Both the position numbers and the translations under genes were made by a program. This document shows positions 61,501 through 64,000 of a stretch of 64,000 nucleotides of DNA, piece after piece; position 1 is the stretch's first letter; the number at the start of each line of letters is the position of its first letter. The DNA comes from Vitrella brassicaformis CCMP3155. Lineage: Eukaryota; Protista; Chromerida. The notes below the pieces were generated by a model that searched no databases, was not told the DNA's origin, and saw only the letters and a program-made list of their open reading frames with translations. The stretch is taken from NCBI GenBank assembly GCA_001179505.1, contig CDMY01000677.1:1-64000 (forward strand), given 5' to 3'.

Positions 61501-64000
61501 ATCGGTTGGACGGATCGACCTCATCCAGGCGGTCTCGCGAACCGTCGATGTCTCCTCTTCGCGTGCCGCCCGGAACAGAGAGCTGCTGGGAGGAGGCCAT
61601 CGGTCGGCGTGTGGACTTTGTCCGTGCTCTCAGGGAAGAGTCTTGCAGGGATTCGTCATCATCTTCGTCGCTAATTGGGGGCGGCTGGTCGGACTCCAGG
61701 AAGAGATTGTCCTTGGGAAGGAGATTGAGCAGAGCACCTGTGTGATGTGATGCGATGAGCAGGGAGGGGTGGAGAGTGAGCGCTCGTCGTGCAGAGCAGA
61801 GGAGTGTTGGGACTGTGGGTTACCGTAGTGTGTGACCCAGACGCTGGCGAGTCCGACCCCCTCGATGACGGCGTCGACTGCCGACGAGGGAGCCGACATG
61901 CCCGTGGCGTTGCTGTACACCCGAATGGCCCCTGCACCACACACACACACATGTCCTCACCTCTTGACTTGACAAGTGGATATCCACTCAGACCTGACAA
62001 TGCTGTGTTGATCTGCTTCTCGGCCCGTCTCATTGATCTGTTCCCGAAGTCCTTGCCGCAGTTGGACAAGGCGCGGTTCATCCGGTTTTTCCTCATGTAT
62101 CTCACGTACAGCCCCAGCTGCTCGGCCGTCATCTCCCTCTGCGCCGACGCGAGAGACATGAGCTTCTTCTTGACCCTCTCCTCTGTCACCATGCCCTTGG
62201 CGTCGATCACGCGGACGCTCTGAGACAGCACCACCACGCGACGATACCGCCTCCGGGGTTTCAACGCCTCGTCCAAGGCGATGGTGTCCTTGCCCCTGTA
62301 GAAAGGCCTCTCCCTCGCTGTCGAAATCGATGACCCCGATCCAGATGTGAGGCTGTCGGAGCTGCTGACGAACGTTTCATGAATGCGTAGCCGTGGCTGG
62401 GTGCGCTTGGTGGCGGTAACCTCGATGCGCTGCTGATCGCCGGTCTTGCGGAAGAACCGCGGTTGCAGGAGGGTGAGGGCGGGTGGCTCGGGTGCGTCTC
62501 CTTCGATAATGAGGTAGTCGTCAGGGTGGCCGACGGGGCTGAGGGGGATGGCCTCGTCGGCGGGGATCTTCTGGTACACCACCTCGATGAAGTGGATCTT
62601 GCTCATGTCAATCTGGCACCAAACACAGACACAGACACTCTTGCAGTCCGGTCTGCCTGCCTGCAGTGAGCGCTCGCTGACCAGGAATCGGGGTCCCATC
62701 CAGTCGACCAATCGCCGCATGGCGAAGTTGTGAAACACCTCTTTTGGATGAGCGCATAGGATCGACCCCGCCCGGCAGAACCACATGAGGTGCACCTCAT
62801 CCGAAGGCTTGAGCAGCGTGTCTGTGTCCATGTCGATCTCATACTTAGGCCGCAGACAGGTGTCCTCAGACCTGTGCCGGATGGTCACCTCGCACGCCGT
62901 CAGTGGCGGGACGAAGGCGTCCTGGAGGATGGGCAGCAGATTGGACAGCTCTGGATGGTCCTTTCGGAGACGACCCTCCTGCTCCCTGCAAATTCAACAA
63001 ATGCAGTCGGTGGCCTGTTCATCGACCCATGCAGCTGTCTGACCTCGCGAGCCTGAAATGGGCGTCCAGGAAGTCGCCACCAGCGTTGACGACGGCCGTG
63101 CGCAGCTGTGCTGTGGCTGTGGTCTGCTCCTGAGTCGCGGCCTCCAACTTCTCACGCGCACGACGGGCCAACCAATCTGATGAAGAACAAATGTGAGCAG
63201 GTTCTCACCGTTTCGCGTCTCTGCGCATGCACCACCCACCTTGTCTCTCCCTGAGTTTCTCCAGCTGCTGTTTGGCCTTGAACTCAACGCTCTCCTGCAG
63301 TGCATGGACCACCCTTAGCGCCTCAGCCTTGACGTCCTCCTGCGCCTTCCGTGACACCCCCAGCAGAGCCAGAAAGGCCCTCGACGTGGCCGGCATCTTC
63401 AAGAGTTTCGCTATGTCCATGACGCCCTCGGCAAGGGACCGCTCGGCCTCGCTGCGCCGCTCCCTCTCCTGTCTCTCCAAACGCAGGAGTGCTTCGGGGC
63501 TCCGCGCGCCCCTCTTCCTGGCGTTTGCGGATCGCACGGATCTGACTGCGATGAGCGATGCGGCGAGGTAGAGCTGCTGTGTCCTGTAGTGGACTTGTTG
63601 GATGCGGAAGAACGGGATAGAGGAGGTCGACTTGGTCATGCGCTTGGTACGGTTTGGGTCGTCAGACTCGTCCGCATCATCATCCTGACGACAGAACGAG
63701 GAAGGATTGACGTTTCGCATGTCATTGTCTGCTTCACCCATCCATCGCTGACCTCATCGCCTGAGCTCCTTCGCCCTTCCCTGCGGGCGACCCATCGCCT
63801 GACCGACTCGCCCAAAGCCCCGCCCCATGTCACCTCCCTGCCCCTCGGTCGACAGCTCTCAAAGCACCGACAGCAGCCCCGACGCACCGACGCCATCCGC
63901 CGCCTCCAGGCAGACACGTTGATAATCAGGGGGTCGAACATGAACAGCCCGCCGAAGATGCGAAAGGGCGGCAGCAGCATCAAGGTGAAGTCGGTGGACT
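58575..64000 (-). CDS. 3' part of a polycystin-1/REJ-like large membrane protein; 5' part lies beyond the right edge
   Basis: Spliced REHP|LPKLFPYNPVMSRCQRWGIFASALVTATMWSAMFF is followed by hydrophobic helices (WDVLFASLWALVLALPVPLII; AWVFMVLLNAWCVFFI; APMLRASLIAVILI), matching the PKD1-type H..SR.QR...AMF transmembrane block. A very long hydrophilic region lies upstream. Confidence 0.7.

Noticed and set aside
1-64000. tRNA, rRNA, CRISPR or prokaryotic operon-like systems
   Set aside because: No cloverleaf, rRNA-like or repeat-spacer structure was recognised by eye; the window is spliceosomal-intron-rich eukaryotic DNA. Small ncRNAs cannot be excluded without covariance-model searches.

Overview
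Intron-rich, GC-rich eukaryotic nuclear DNA. Introns are short GT-AG and packed with (CA)n, (GGAT)n and (GGCA)n microsatellites. Plastid enzymes carry signal-plus-transit leaders. Together this points to a chromerid alveolate such as Vitrella (inference). About 18 spliced genes or gene fragments were reconstructed by eye. Recognisable ones: an N-acylated two-domain phosphagen (arginine-kinase-type) kinase, a GT8 glycosyltransferase, a P4H-like 2OG-Fe(II) dioxygenase, plastid FabI, a tandem CCCH zinc-finger protein, a Ser/Thr kinase, plastid PNPase, a TspO-like membrane protein, a divergent eIF2A-like WD40 protein and the 3' part of a polycystin-1/REJ-like membrane protein. There are also several orphans, including two secreted proteins. 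There are two 300-N gaps; one is flanked by an artefactual 678-bp duplication. Most interesting observations: (1) the dioxygenase is bracketed by SIM-like, UIM/MIU-like, NLS and UBZ4-type zinc-finger motifs, and the finger is only completed across an intron; (2) a 470-bp Tc1/mariner-type MITE with iterated binding-site repeats; (3) a homologous intron sequence recurring five times between unrelated exons in a mosaic 40-46 kb region; (4) a homogenised tract, including introns, between the two phosphagen-kinase domains; (5) telo-box (AAACCCT) motifs, some palindromic, in three promoters; (6) a plastid PNPase with a second S1 domain; (7) a possible 21-nt intron or UGA readthrough. Exon boundaries were read manually and some are approximate.
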